Counted from the first letter of the stretch, positions 16,812 to 27,540 are shown. The stretch is 34,472 nucleotides of DNA from Candidatus Thorarchaeota archaeon (GCA_016839605.1 JAEOTX010000043.1:1-34472), one strand, 5' to 3'. Notes: a model not told the origin generated them from the sequence alone. Program-made: numbers and translations.

Positions 16812-17264
16812 ATGAACTCGGATGAAGTGTTTGATGCAATTTCTCACCCGATGAGAGTAGAAATCCTGAAGGAATTGGCAAATGGTCCCAAAGGCTTTGC
16901 GGATCTGAAGCGGAAGCTGAAGATAAGCAGCAGCGGACTCTTGGATTTCCACCTGAAGAAGATGGCAAGTATAGTAACCACTAATGCAGATGGGTCATAC
17001 ATTCTGAATGATCGAGGATTTGCTGCAGTGCAAGCGGTCGATGTTGTAGCGAGGTATGGATGGCAGCGAAGGTCCTACTTCATCAACGTCGGCATGTATA
17101 TCGTGATGAATGTATATCTATTCCTCACTATCCAACATTGGGCGGTCCTCATTGTGTTTGGAATATGGACCGCATGGATTGTATTCTATAGCTACTGGAC
17201 GTTCATCAAACGCAGAGTACGATTGAGAAACAACGGCGAGTCTAAGACAAGACCGGAGAGATAA
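16812..17264 (+). CDS. ArsR-type winged-helix regulator with two C-terminal TM helices
   Basis: FDAISHP.R.EIL..L...P..F.DL......SS..L.FHLKKM, then hydrophobic segments. Confidence 0.85.
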   Translation: MNSDEVFDAISHPMRVEILKELANGPKGFADLKRKLKISSSGLLDFHLKKMASIVTTNADGSYILNDRGFAAVQAVDVVARYGWQRRSYFINVGMYIVMNVYLFLTIQHWAVLIVFGIWTAWIVFYSYWTFIKRRVRLRNNGESKTRPER

Positions 17265-17268
17265 TGAA

Positions 17269-18048
17269 ATGTCAGAAGCAGTAAAGATTGTGAATTTAGT
17301 GAAATCATATGGCGACCTCGTCGCTGTAAACGATGTGTCATTCGAAGTACAGGAAGGCGAGATATTCGGAATCCTTGGACCTAATGGTGCAGGGAAGACT
17401 ACAGCCATCAGAGTCCTAATGGGACTATTGGATGCAGATTCAGGCACGGCTGAGGTCTTCGGAACCAGTTCTAGTGAAGATCCTATTGGTGTCAAGCGTC
17501 TTGTGGGATATGTTCCTGAGGAACAACAACTCTACGAATCCCTAACACCACGGGAGATTTTTGAGTTCATAGCATCGGTAAGAGAGCTGCCCGAAGAGAA
17601 AACGAGCAAACGAGTTGCTGAGTTTGTGCATGCACTCGACTTTGAGAAGTACTACGATGCGATGGTCGTGACTTTGTCGCAGGGCAACAAGCAGAAAGCA
17701 TTACTAATTTCGGCGTTGATTCACAGACCTAAGCTCCTGATTCTAGACGAGCCATTCTCCGGGCTTGATGTCCGTACAGCTTCAATCATGAAAGACGTAA
17801 TCAAGATTCATGCCGAGAATGGCGGCTCGGTCTTGTTGAGCACACATATCATGGAAGTCGCTGAGGCTATGTGCGACCGTGTGGGAATTCTTGATGAGGG
17901 CAAGCTAGTTGCAGTAGGCACACTTGAAGAGCTTCGAGATGTTTCAAAGAGAGAGGGAGCGACTCTGGAAAGAGTATTCTTGGCTCTAACTGAACAAGAG
18001 GATGAAGTACGCGAGGGCATTGACCAGCTTAGGGAGGCCCTTGCATAG
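17269..18048 (+). CDS. ABC-2 type exporter ATP-binding protein
   Basis: GPNGAGKTT, LSQG, ILDEP, STH, TLE.VFL. Confidence 0.93.
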   Translation: MSEAVKIVNLVKSYGDLVAVNDVSFEVQEGEIFGILGPNGAGKTTAIRVLMGLLDADSGTAEVFGTSSSEDPIGVKRLVGYVPEEQQLYESLTPREIFEFIASVRELPEEKTSKRVAEFVHALDFEKYYDAMVVTLSQGNKQKALLISALIHRPKLLILDEPFSGLDVRTASIMKDVIKIHAENGGSVLLSTHIMEVAEAMCDRVGILDEGKLVAVGTLEELRDVSKREGATLERVFLALTEQEDEVREGIDQLREALA

Positions 18049-19691
18049 TGAAATTCTCTGAGCGATGGAAACTTGCAGGAATCATATCAGCAGAGGTGAG
18101 GTTCAAAGGCTATCTAGAGATGAATCCATCGAACCTTGCGAGGGTGAAAGAGAATCCACAGAAAATCGCTCGAAGTATCAAGTCTAATAGTCGATTCAGC
18201 ACTTTCATAACAACTGCTCTCATATTCTCACTGGCCATCCTAACTGCAGTTATGGCCTTTGTAGATGACACCATTGGTGTTCCCCAGACACGTTTGGCCG
18301 TGGGACTCTCAATCTTCCTTTTTCTCAGCTTTGTATTGCTGATATTTCTCAATCTGTCTGTGACTACTGGCTTCTTCACTGCGGATGTCATAAGTTTCCC
18401 TGCAACACTCCCATTAAGCAAAAGGAATCTCGATGAATTATCACTGCTTGCGTTCATTAGAGTATTCATCGCACCGACAATATTGATCCTCACTATCTTC
18501 CCTATCATCACGCTTCTTGCAATAGGACCAGGTCCTGCTCTTGTGGCATTCGCGGGATGTGCTGCGACAGTCTCCCTCTCGATAGGTGCATTGACAAAGC
18601 TATCCATTTGGTTTCGAAAGCAGTCACTTCAAGTCAACGGCTCAAAAATGAATACAGTGGTCAGAGTGGCAGCATCACTGGGACTTGCAATTGGAATGGT
18701 CGTAGCATTTAGCATGGGTAGCTGGTTACCTTCTTTGATTCATTTCATTGCTGACCTTTCAACTGGAATGGGCAATCAGGGATCCTCATTTCTTGCCTTG
18801 TTATTCCCATTCTCGTTTGGATTCCTGGCTTCTGCAATTCAGTTTGGTCTTGAGCTTCCCTTTACAACCATTCTTGCGGCTCTAGGTGCCTCTGCTCTGT
18901 ATGCGGTGCTAGCAATCATGTCCTATCACGGAACAGGCAATGCACTCCGAAGAATCACAGTTGGAGGGGTGCCGACTAAGAGGACTTTGGAGCTGCGTGA
19001 CATCACTCTGAAGACGAAGACGGTTCTCAGGTCAATCATCAATAAAGACCTCAAACTTGCAACTCGAAACATTGGTTCTTCGTTTGTGTTCATTATCCCC
19101 CTCTTCCTTGCTGTGTTCCTCTATCCCATGATGGCAGGGTGGTCTACTAGTGGGCCTTTACGAAGTCTTACATCTCTCGTATCAATAGAGTACGGCAATT
19201 TCTTTGCGGGGATAACAATCATTTCTGTCATGATGTTCGACACACAGGGGGCTTCAATTCAGTCAGGACTTCCAATCGAATCAAGGAAGGTATTGAATGC
19301 CAAAATAGCAATTGCCATGATTCCCTATGTCGGATCAATGATACTGGTCTCCATTCTCCTGTCAATGTTTCCGTTGACATCACCATTGATACCCCTCATG
19401 CCACTGATTCAGATTCCATGTGGGTATACCGTTTCAATAGCTGTAGGTGCCGTCACATATTGGAAACGAGGTGGTGGTCGGGCGGTATCCATCAGTGTAG
19501 CAGCAGATTCTAAGATGAGCTTCCTTGCTGCAATTATTGGAGCAGTAATAGGGATAGTACCGCTAGTAGGCTATGGAGTAGTCATGATTCTCACTGGGAA
19601 TCACATCGTGAGTCTGGCCACTCAGTTCATGGTAATGATCTTGGAGCTAATCTTGATTCGAAGTCAAGTGCCCAAGCTATTGAAGGATTGA
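18048..19691 (+). CDS. ABC-2 type exporter permease (about 12 TM helices, duplicated)
   Basis: 1-nt overlap with ATPase (TAGTG); LP motifs; 'KDLKLATRN' begins the second half. Confidence 0.8.
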   Translation: MKFSERWKLAGIISAEVRFKGYLEMNPSNLARVKENPQKIARSIKSNSRFSTFITTALIFSLAILTAVMAFVDDTIGVPQTRLAVGLSIFLFLSFVLLIFLNLSVTTGFFTADVISFPATLPLSKRNLDELSLLAFIRVFIAPTILILTIFPIITLLAIGPGPALVAFAGCAATVSLSIGALTKLSIWFRKQSLQVNGSKMNTVVRVAASLGLAIGMVVAFSMGSWLPSLIHFIADLSTGMGNQGSSFLALLFPFSFGFLASAIQFGLELPFTTILAALGASALYAVLAIMSYHGTGNALRRITVGGVPTKRTLELRDITLKTKTVLRSIINKDLKLATRNIGSSFVFIIPLFLAVFLYPMMAGWSTSGPLRSLTSLVSIEYGNFFAGITIISVMMFDTQGASIQSGLPIESRKVLNAKIAIAMIPYVGSMILVSILLSMFPLTSPLIPLMPLIQIPCGYTVSIAVGAVTYWKRGGGRAVSISVAADSKMSFLAAIIGAVIGIVPLVGYGVVMILTGNHIVSLATQFMVMILELILIRSQVPKLLKD

Positions 19692-19791
19692 TCCGTTTAG
19701 CTGCACTTGGCGAAGCTTAAAATACGTGGACTCAGGCCTGTCCATTGGCGCTGCATTCGTGCAGTGTTAGTCATCTTTGGATGGTTGGTCT

Positions 19792-20454
19792 ATGAAACCG
19801 CTGCTAGCACCGTCGATACTGTCTGCAGATTTTGCGAACTTAGAGAAAGATATCAAAGCCGCTGAGAAAGGGGGAGCAGATTACTTCCACCTTGATATCA
19901 TGGACGGTCATTTTGTTCCCAACATCTCTTATGGTCCAATGATAGCCAAGACCATGAAGCGCATCACAGATGTTCCATTGGATGCCCATCTTATGATAAC
20001 AAAGCCGAGGGAATATATTCCAAAGTTCATTGATGCAGGTGTTGAACTCATATATCCCCATATTGAGGCATCTTACGATGTCTACAGAACTGTGCAGCTC
20101 ATCAAGGACCTTGGAGGCAAAGCTGGCATCACTCTGAATCCTGGGACTCCAGTATCTCACGTTATGCCACTTCTCGATCTACTTGATTCAGTTCTGCTCA
20201 TGAGTGTGTGTCCGGGATTCGGCGGACAGTCCTACATCGAACCAGTCACGGGGAAGATAACTGAGCTGAGAGCCCTGCTAGATGAACAAAAGCCCGAAGT
20301 CCGAATCGCAGTCGATGGTGGCGTAAAGAAAGACAACATCGCGAGCATCCGAAGAGCAGGTGCTGATTTCTTTATTGCAGGCTCAGCCGTCTTCAAGGCA
20401 GATAACATTGAGCAAGAAGTGAGAAAGCTCAAAGCGCTGCTTGATACTGCCTGA
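19792..20454 (+). CDS. rpe: ribulose-phosphate 3-epimerase
   Basis: APSILSADF, HLDIMDGHFVPN, DAHLM, LNPGT, MSV.PGFGGQ, VDGG, GSA.F. Confidence 0.97.
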   Translation: MKPLLAPSILSADFANLEKDIKAAEKGGADYFHLDIMDGHFVPNISYGPMIAKTMKRITDVPLDAHLMITKPREYIPKFIDAGVELIYPHIEASYDVYRTVQLIKDLGGKAGITLNPGTPVSHVMPLLDLLDSVLLMSVCPGFGGQSYIEPVTGKITELRALLDEQKPEVRIAVDGGVKKDNIASIRRAGADFFIAGSAVFKADNIEQEVRKLKALLDTA

Positions 20455-20523
20455 CCCTACCGTTTAAATCGAGTGTGGTAGTTCATCCCAGCAGTTACTC
20501 TAAAGACGGGAGATGATTACAGG

Positions 20524-21171
20524 TTGAAGTTCTTTATCGATACTGCGAATGTTGACGAAATCCGGAAAGCCCACGAGCGGGGAATGGTAGATGGTGTGAC
20601 AACTAATCCTTCCCTTGTAGCAAAGGAAGGAAAAGACTTCCGAAAGATCGTAGATGAGATAGCATCCTTTGTTGAGGGTCCTATAAGCCTGGAAGTTGTA
20701 AGCGAGGATGCGGAGGGCATGCTCAAGGAGGCAAGAGAGCTCAATAGCTGGATTGACAATGCAGCCATCAAGGTACCTCTGACCTGGGAGGGTCTCAAAG
20801 CCACCAAGGTCTGTGCAGACGAAGGTATCAAGACCAATGTCACTCTGTGCTTCAGTGCAAACCAAGCCCTTCTTGCAGCCAAGGCAGGGGCATCATTTGT
20901 TTCACCTTTCATTGGCAGACTTGATGACGTCGGTCACACTGGAATGGAGCTCATCGAAGCCATTGTGCAAATATACTCAAACTATGCCTTTGACACAGAA
21001 GTCATTGTAGCCAGCATTAGACACCCGATACATGTCTATGAGGCCGCGTTGCTGGGAGCTGACATCGCAACTATCCCGCCTGGTGTTCTGGATAGAATGG
21101 TTAAACATCCGTTGACAGACATCGGAATCGAAAGATTCCTGGCGGATTGGGCCAAGGTTCCCAAGAAGTAG
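20524..21171 (+). CDS. tal: transaldolase (short TalC/FSA family)
   Basis: [14 protein letters not shown], Schiff-base IKVP, NVTL.FS, ASIR. SLEV (Glu) and SPF (Phe) indicate transaldolase rather than F6P aldolase. Confidence 0.92.
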   Translation: MKFFIDTANVDEIRKAHERGMVDGVTTNPSLVAKEGKDFRKIVDEIASFVEGPISLEVVSEDAEGMLKEARELNSWIDNAAIKVPLTWEGLKATKVCADEGIKTNVTLCFSANQALLAAKAGASFVSPFIGRLDDVGHTGMELIEAIVQIYSNYAFDTEVIVASIRHPIHVYEAALLGADIATIPPGVLDRMVKHPLTDIGIERFLADWAKVPKK

Positions 21172-21280
21172 ATGTAGGGCAAAGAGTAATCAATGACCTC
21201 AATGTAAATCAGGACTGGCGCGCCTCGAAGAGCAAGATATATTGGACATCTGCAATCCTGCTTCAACGGAGGACCAGTCT

Positions 21281-22834
21281 TTGGAACTAGAGTCAGACCT
21301 AGTTGTCTTCAATGGCAACATCATAACGATGGATCCACATAACCCGAAAGCCACAGCTCTGGCGGTGAAGAGCTACAAGATATTGGCGATTGGTGATGAT
21401 GACTTCATTGCTGATCTTGTACCAAGTGCGGGAAGAGTCATTGATCTTGGGGGTAAGACTGTAATTCCGGGATTTGTTGATGCGCACACGCACTTCACTG
21501 GTGACGGGTATAAATCAAATCATGTGCACCTTCATGATGCAACATCATTAGAAGATGCAATCCAGATATTGAAGGATTCTCTGCCCGTTTACAAGGACGG
21601 AGACTGGGTGATTGCCTTTGGATGGGATGAGAGCCAATGGCCCAAGAAACGGTATCTCACCGCTAGAGATCTGGACAAGGTTTCCAAAACGCATCCTATC
21701 TTTGCGACTAGAATCGACGGGCATCTAGTGTCAACAAATACTCTTGGTATCGAGATGCTAAAGATACCTGTTGATCAGGAAGGAGTAGTGAAGGACAAAA
21801 AGGGAAATCCCAATGGTGTTCTCAAAGACATTGAAGGCATCCATGGAAAGATTCCAAAAAGTGATGAGGAAATTCAGCAAGGCATCATCGCAGGAAACAA
21901 GATAGCTAATGAACTTGGAATCACTACCATAGTTGACAACGCTGCAGCTGGAACTCTCCGCCACTTGCGTGAAGTTGAGCGACAGGACAAGCTCACCGTG
22001 CGCACAGTCCTCAATCCGCCGATTGAACAGATGAATGACATGATAAGGCTCGGACTCTCTTCCGGAATGGGCAGTCCTATGGTAAGAATAGGGGGAGTCA
22101 AGATATTCACTGATGGCTCCATTGGAGCATCCACAGCCTACTTGTCTAGAGACTACAAAGGACAGAAAGGCAACAAAGGTATGTTGCTGATGAGCAAAAA
22201 GGAATACTCGAAGATCATCAAGAAGGCTATCAAGAACAACATTCAGACAGTAACACACGCTATTGGTGATGCAGCAATTGAGATGGTCATATCAGCTTTT
22301 GAAGAATTGAAGGACAAGTCAATGATTAGAGAGCAGAAACACCGAATTGAGCACGCTGAGATGATAAATGAGTGGCAAATTCGACGAGCGGTGAGTCTTG
22401 GGCTCATTCTATCAATGCAACCAAACTTCGTAGGTAAATGGCAATTGGATGGTGGCCTCTATGAAACCAGATTGGATGATGAGATAGTCCGCGGAATGAA
22501 TATGTTGAGGGTGGCGCTTGATAATGGAGCGCGCCTTGCTTTTGGCAGTGATGGCATGCCTTATGGGCCCCTATATGGAATCTGGTCCGCCACGACTCAT
22601 CCCAATGACCGAGTAAGAATCACAGTCGACGAAGCACTGAGGTGCTATACTCTAGAGGCAGCGTATGCATCATACATGGATCGGACGGTTGGGAGCCTGG
22701 CGGTGGGGAAAAGAGCAGACTTTGTGGTGCTTTCGGATGATGTCTTGACCATTCATCCTGATAAGATAAAGGACATCAAGGTCGAGATGACCATTGTTGG
22801 TGGCACCGTGGAATACACTGGACTTGGGACCTGA
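21281..22834 (+). CDS. metal-dependent amidohydrolase (YtcJ-like, amidohydrolase_3)
   Basis: PGFVDAHTH, K.FTDGS, HAIGDAA, RIEHAE, FGSD, GSL.VGK.ADFVVL. TTG 21281 follows GGAGG. Confidence 0.92.
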   Translation: MELESDLVVFNGNIITMDPHNPKATALAVKSYKILAIGDDDFIADLVPSAGRVIDLGGKTVIPGFVDAHTHFTGDGYKSNHVHLHDATSLEDAIQILKDSLPVYKDGDWVIAFGWDESQWPKKRYLTARDLDKVSKTHPIFATRIDGHLVSTNTLGIEMLKIPVDQEGVVKDKKGNPNGVLKDIEGIHGKIPKSDEEIQQGIIAGNKIANELGITTIVDNAAAGTLRHLREVERQDKLTVRTVLNPPIEQMNDMIRLGLSSGMGSPMVRIGGVKIFTDGSIGASTAYLSRDYKGQKGNKGMLLMSKKEYSKIIKKAIKNNIQTVTHAIGDAAIEMVISAFEELKDKSMIREQKHRIEHAEMINEWQIRRAVSLGLILSMQPNFVGKWQLDGGLYETRLDDEIVRGMNMLRVALDNGARLAFGSDGMPYGPLYGIWSATTHPNDRVRITVDEALRCYTLEAAYASYMDRTVGSLAVGKRADFVVLSDDVLTIHPDKIKDIKVEMTIVGGTVEYTGLGT

Positions 22835-22843
22835 GGTGGTTCC

Positions 22844-24655
22844 GTGGGCAACATTCGTGTTCTTAGCGATGAATTGGTCTCTCTTATTTCAGCTGGAGAA
22901 GTAATCGAAAATCCCTCGTCGATAGTCAAGGAATTGATTGAGAACTCATTGGATGCGGGCGCTACTAATATTGAGACATCAATTACGGAAGGCGGAATTG
23001 GGTCAATAACTGTTTCAGATAATGGTAGTGGGATAATGAAAGAAGACTGCCCAGTATGCACCTTACGCTACTCAACGAGCAAGATTAGCACAAAAGAAGA
23101 CATCGATTCAATTCTAACGTATGGATTCCGAGGGGAGGCTCTTGCAAGTGTTGCTGCAGTTGCAGATTTAGTTATAGTGACAAAGCACCAAGATGAAGAG
23201 CTTGCGACAAGGCTTGTTTCACGAGCAGGTGAAATTCCGGGGATTGAGGATGCCTCACGACCTACAGGAACTACGGTCGAGATTACAAACCTCTTCAAAC
23301 ATGTACCTGCTAGAAGAAAGCACCTGTCATATCCGAGGGTGGAAAGCCAGAGGGTTCTGGACGTCACGATGCGGCATGCAATTGTCAGAAACGATGTAGG
23401 ATTCAGACTTGTCAGAGATGAACGAGTTGTTCTGGATTGTCCTCCGGGACAAACCGAAAGAGAAAGAGTGCTCCACTTGTGGGGTCCTGATGTTGCAGCA
23501 AGCCTAGTCAAATTTCAACATAAGTCTGGCGAAATCTTGGTGTCTGGATTTGTAGCTCTTCCTCCTGTGTCGAGAGGAAACAGGGGAAGGCAATACTTCT
23601 CAGTTCGAAATCGTCCAATCCACGATGACAAGTTGAATCAAGCTGTTGAGTCAGCTTACTCCTCACTCCTGATGAAAGGGAGATATCCTATCTGCTCAAT
23701 CAGGATTGATGTTGACGTGGAAAAAGTCGATGCCAATGTCCACCCAACAAAGAGAGAAGTAAGAATTCAAGACTTCGATTCGCTTATTGAAATCGTAAGG
23801 ACTGCGGTTCGAGAAGCATTGGATGCAGATAGGCTAGAGGAGGCGCCTCTACCATTGCAGGACTTTGTTGATATGCCGTTGTCGGAGAGACTTATTTCTG
23901 CAGGCGAGTCAGAAGAAGATACAACATTCTCGGCACGAACCTTGGCTGAGGAACCTCTCCTTTTTGAGAGAGTCACCCTTGAAGAACTTGTCACAGATGG
24001 GGTGGAAGGACCTGAACAAATCACCCTTGGTGGAGCTTTCAAAATTGTTGGCCAAATACAGGACCTATATATCCTACTCGAATTCGACGATGGACTAGTA
24101 ATCGTTGATCAACATGCAGCACACGAGAGAATCATCTACGAGAGACTAAAAGCAGAGATGAAAAGCAAGAGCATTGTAACACAGGAGCTTCTGGAACCCA
24201 TTGTTCTGCGACTGAATGCAGCTGATAAAGATGCAATCCTTAGTGCTGAAGAGGTTCTAAATGCGATTGGATATTCAATCGAATCATTTGGTGGAAATGA
24301 AGTTCTAGTCTCGACTCTTCCTGAGGTGTTTGGTCATCGAGCAAACGAAGAGGAACTGATTTCATTGGTCGACAGAATCGTAGAGCTCGGCGTTCGAGCT
24401 GCCGCTGAGGAATTCATGGACAATGTCCTCAAGGTCATTGCATGCCATTCAGCCATCAGAGCTGGAGAAACCCTCAGTCACAAAGAAATCGCTTCACTCT
24501 TAGTAGACCTTGTCAAAGCACCAAACAGATACAATTGTGCTCATGGGAGACCTGCAATGATTAAGTTCACAAGGAAGGAGCTCGACAAGCGATTCGGACG
24601 AGATGGTCCTCAAGCTTTATCTCGCTTCAGGGCACGACACCGATTAAGGCGCTAG
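22844..24655 (+). CDS. mutL: DNA mismatch repair endonuclease MutL
   Basis: AGEVIENP.S.VKELIENSLDAGA, GFRGEAL, DANVHPTK.EV, DQHAAHERIIYE, ACH, CAHGRP. Confidence 0.97.
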   Translation: MGNIRVLSDELVSLISAGEVIENPSSIVKELIENSLDAGATNIETSITEGGIGSITVSDNGSGIMKEDCPVCTLRYSTSKISTKEDIDSILTYGFRGEALASVAAVADLVIVTKHQDEELATRLVSRAGEIPGIEDASRPTGTTVEITNLFKHVPARRKHLSYPRVESQRVLDVTMRHAIVRNDVGFRLVRDERVVLDCPPGQTERERVLHLWGPDVAASLVKFQHKSGEILVSGFVALPPVSRGNRGRQYFSVRNRPIHDDKLNQAVESAYSSLLMKGRYPICSIRIDVDVEKVDANVHPTKREVRIQDFDSLIEIVRTAVREALDADRLEEAPLPLQDFVDMPLSERLISAGESEEDTTFSARTLAEEPLLFERVTLEELVTDGVEGPEQITLGGAFKIVGQIQDLYILLEFDDGLVIVDQHAAHERIIYERLKAEMKSKSIVTQELLEPIVLRLNAADKDAILSAEEVLNAIGYSIESFGGNEVLVSTLPEVFGHRANEEELISLVDRIVELGVRAAAEEFMDNVLKVIACHSAIRAGETLSHKEIASLLVDLVKAPNRYNCAHGRPAMIKFTRKELDKRFGRDGPQALSRFRARHRLRR

Positions 24656-24672
24656 CCTGCGCTGAGCGCAGG
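24656..24672 (+). terminator. GC-rich hairpin immediately after mutL stop
   Basis: cctgcgc-tga-gcgcagg; no strong U-tract. Confidence 0.4.
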
Positions 24673-24724
24673 ATTAAGTAATAGTGGAAACTCGATTTTT
24701 GCTAAGATTTCAAGAAGGAGTTCT

Positions 24725-25636
24725 ATGAATCAAAGAAAACTCGTCATCGCCACGATTGTATTCCCCGGTGATTCATCTGAAGCAAGTACGCGCCTGCTTG
24801 TAGAAAGCATTCGAGCTTTTGCTGGGTCTCTCTCTGACGTGGATATCTGGTGTTTCATGCCTGAGTCTGGAAAGGATCTCTCTCCAAAGACACGATCCAA
24901 AGTAGATGAGTTGGATGTCAGACTGATTCCATTTGAGATTAAATCCGAAATCAGTTCATTCCCATTTACAAGACACGCTCAGGCTGCGGCCTTAGCAGAA
25001 TCGAAGCTACTTGGTAAATCGAAATTGGTGGCCTGGATAGCTCCAAACACACTCGTACTCCAGGACCCACGCATGTTTCTCTTGAAAGATGACATCAGTT
25101 TAGGATATCGACCAGTTCATCACAAGCTCCTTGGCCTCAATTGTGATGAGCCTCTAGATGCATTCTGGTCAGCTGTCTATGATTTCTGTAATGTCCCTGA
25201 TGACCGCGTCTTTGCCATGAAGCCCCAAATAGAGAATCTGGCTATGCGACCTTACTTCAATGCGGGCTGCATAATTGTGAAACCTGAGATGTCACTGCTC
25301 CAGTCTTGGCGTGACACATTCCTGCAGGTATACCAGGAGCCCGTTTTCAAGAAGTTGTACCAAAAGGACAGTCGTTACGTCATCTTCATGCATCAAGCTA
25401 TACTCTCTGGAGTCATTCTTTCAAGAATGAAGAATGATGAGATAGAAGAACTGCCTGCTAACTACAACTATCCACTACACCTCTACTTCGAGGATGTCAC
25501 AGAACATCGTCCAGATTCGTTGGAGGAGTGTGTCACCATAAGACATGAGGGGTTCTATCAAAATCCAGAGTGGATAAGCAAAATGCCTGCCAATAGGGAA
25601 CTCAAGGAATGGATTGCAGATATATTAGCACAGTGA
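24725..25636 (+). CDS. GT-A/glycosyltransferase family 8-like protein
   Basis: L..SIR, YFNAG, HQAILS, LP.NYNYP; the DxD position reads A-P-N. Confidence 0.55.
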   Translation: MNQRKLVIATIVFPGDSSEASTRLLVESIRAFAGSLSDVDIWCFMPESGKDLSPKTRSKVDELDVRLIPFEIKSEISSFPFTRHAQAAALAESKLLGKSKLVAWIAPNTLVLQDPRMFLLKDDISLGYRPVHHKLLGLNCDEPLDAFWSAVYDFCNVPDDRVFAMKPQIENLAMRPYFNAGCIIVKPEMSLLQSWRDTFLQVYQEPVFKKLYQKDSRYVIFMHQAILSGVILSRMKNDEIEELPANYNYPLHLYFEDVTEHRPDSLEECVTIRHEGFYQNPEWISKMPANRELKEWIADILAQ

Positions 25637-25713
25637 CGGTCAATAGAATAAATGACCGCTCTCTTTTATAGAGGGCCGTTATCCTAGGTCTCAATTTCAC
25701 AGATGTGATTTAG

Positions 25714-27540
25714 ATGGGGATCTTCAGCGGTTTGGATAAGAATAGGCAACTCCTTCTTCTCTGTCTCATTCTGATAGGATCATCTGCTCTGCTGGGACAT
25801 GCAATACAAAATGATTTTGGAGCAATAGATGTTGATTATATCAGAATTGTAGATGAGAGTGGTTTCGCAGTAACTGGAAAACTATATCGTCCGGTGACAG
25901 CAACTGAAGATAATCCCGCGCCGGGAGTCTTGCTGCTACATGGAATGAACAACGATAAGGACACTGAAGGTCCTGCTGCATTGGAGCTCGCCAGAAGGGG
26001 CATTGTTGCTTTAGCTTTGGATCAGATAAGTCACGGTGACTCGGATCGCATTATTGATATCATGGGATACTTCACTGGAGCTTTCGACTCCACACTTGGT
26101 GGAAATGCAGCATATCAGTGGTTGAAATCCCTTCCATATGTTGATGAAGCGCAAACTGGTTTGGTGGGTCATAGTATGGGTGCCGGTACTGCGGCTGCAA
26201 TCGCGGCAACTAACCCGGACCATCGAGCTATCGTGATTCAAGCAGATGGTCCGTATAACCTCACAACTCACAGTTACATGAACAACTATCTAGCTGTATG
26301 GTCTATCTATGAGGAATTATTCACAACTCAGCCAAGGTCGGAGTTTCTTCAAGATAGTCTTGAATTGATAGCGTATAATGAGAATCTCACCTCTGCGAGT
26401 AATGCTGAAGCTGACTTCACATACGGAAGCTTCACCGATGGTTCAGCGCACAGATATGCACAGTGTCCGTGTACTCACCCGGGAGCAACGTGGAACTCCA
26501 AGGGAGTAAGTGAAACCACTGCGTGGATGCTTCAGGCACTTATGGGAATGACTGAGTCTGAGGCTACGACTCTCTCTGCTGAGTCAACACAGACCTATAT
26601 GATCAGAGAAGGTGCCACATTATTGGCATTGATTGTGTCAGTCATCTCATTAATCCCATTAGCCAGCATTATCTTGGAGATACCATATTTCAGCAAGATA
26701 GCTAGACCTTTGCCGCAGAAATTCCCGACACAGGGGAGAAAGTGGTGGGGCTATGCAATCTTGAACTCACTAATTGGCGGGATTACTTTCCTTTTCCTGC
26801 CTTCGCTAGGTTTACTGGGGGGAGCTGTACTAGGTGCGTTTGCACCAATCTTTCTCTTGGTGACGGGAAATGGCCTGCTACTCTGGTTTCTTGTCAATGC
26901 CCTCATTGCATGGATTTTCTACAAGATGTGGTTCAGAAAAGCCTCGGTCGGAAATGAAGGGATCACCCATGCAGATGTTGGTCGTCTTGAAACCATAAGG
27001 GATCCCGAGAGTCGCGATGTGATTTTCCGAACTGTTGTACTCTCGGTTGCCCTAATCGCGTATTTGTATATCCTTGTGGGAGCGTCACAGCAATTCCTGG
27101 CAATCGAGTTCAGGTATATGTGGCCAGTCCTTAAGATATTCACACCAGAGAAGTTTGGTCAGTTCATAGTTAACATTCTCCCAGTGTTCCCATTCTTCTT
27201 GATCAATGGGGGAGTGTATGCATATGGCATGATGAGGCTTCCTGAATCAGATTCGCCATTGAAGACGCAGATGATTTGGTGGATCAAGATTGTCTTTGCC
27301 ATGGAATCTACACTTCTGGTGTTGATTCTTGTCAACTACCTCCCAATGTTCCTATTTGGAACCGGACCTTTGCTCTTGATGGGACTCTATGGAATTTTCC
27401 TCATGGCATACTTGCCGATTTTTGCAGGAATCTTCTTCATCATGACAGCGTTCTATGCCAAGACAGGAAGAATCTACTTGGGTTCCATAATGGCCACACT
27501 CTTGGTAGTTTGGATCATGACTGCGGGAATGCTAATCTAA
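25714..27540 (+). CDS. membrane-bound alpha/beta hydrolase with multi-TM C-terminal domain
   Basis: N-terminal TM helix, LLHG, GHSMG nucleophile elbow, late His (THPG), about 8 C-terminal TM helices. Confidence 0.85.
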   Translation: MGIFSGLDKNRQLLLLCLILIGSSALLGHAIQNDFGAIDVDYIRIVDESGFAVTGKLYRPVTATEDNPAPGVLLLHGMNNDKDTEGPAALELARRGIVALALDQISHGDSDRIIDIMGYFTGAFDSTLGGNAAYQWLKSLPYVDEAQTGLVGHSMGAGTAAAIAATNPDHRAIVIQADGPYNLTTHSYMNNYLAVWSIYEELFTTQPRSEFLQDSLELIAYNENLTSASNAEADFTYGSFTDGSAHRYAQCPCTHPGATWNSKGVSETTAWMLQALMGMTESEATTLSAESTQTYMIREGATLLALIVSVISLIPLASIILEIPYFSKIARPLPQKFPTQGRKWWGYAILNSLIGGITFLFLPSLGLLGGAVLGAFAPIFLLVTGNGLLLWFLVNALIAWIFYKMWFRKASVGNEGITHADVGRLETIRDPESRDVIFRTVVLSVALIAYLYILVGASQQFLAIEFRYMWPVLKIFTPEKFGQFIVNILPVFPFFLINGGVYAYGMMRLPESDSPLKTQMIWWIKIVFAMESTLLVLILVNYLPMFLFGTGPLLLMGLYGIFLMAYLPIFAGIFFIMTAFYAKTGRIYLGSIMATLLVVWIMTAGMLI

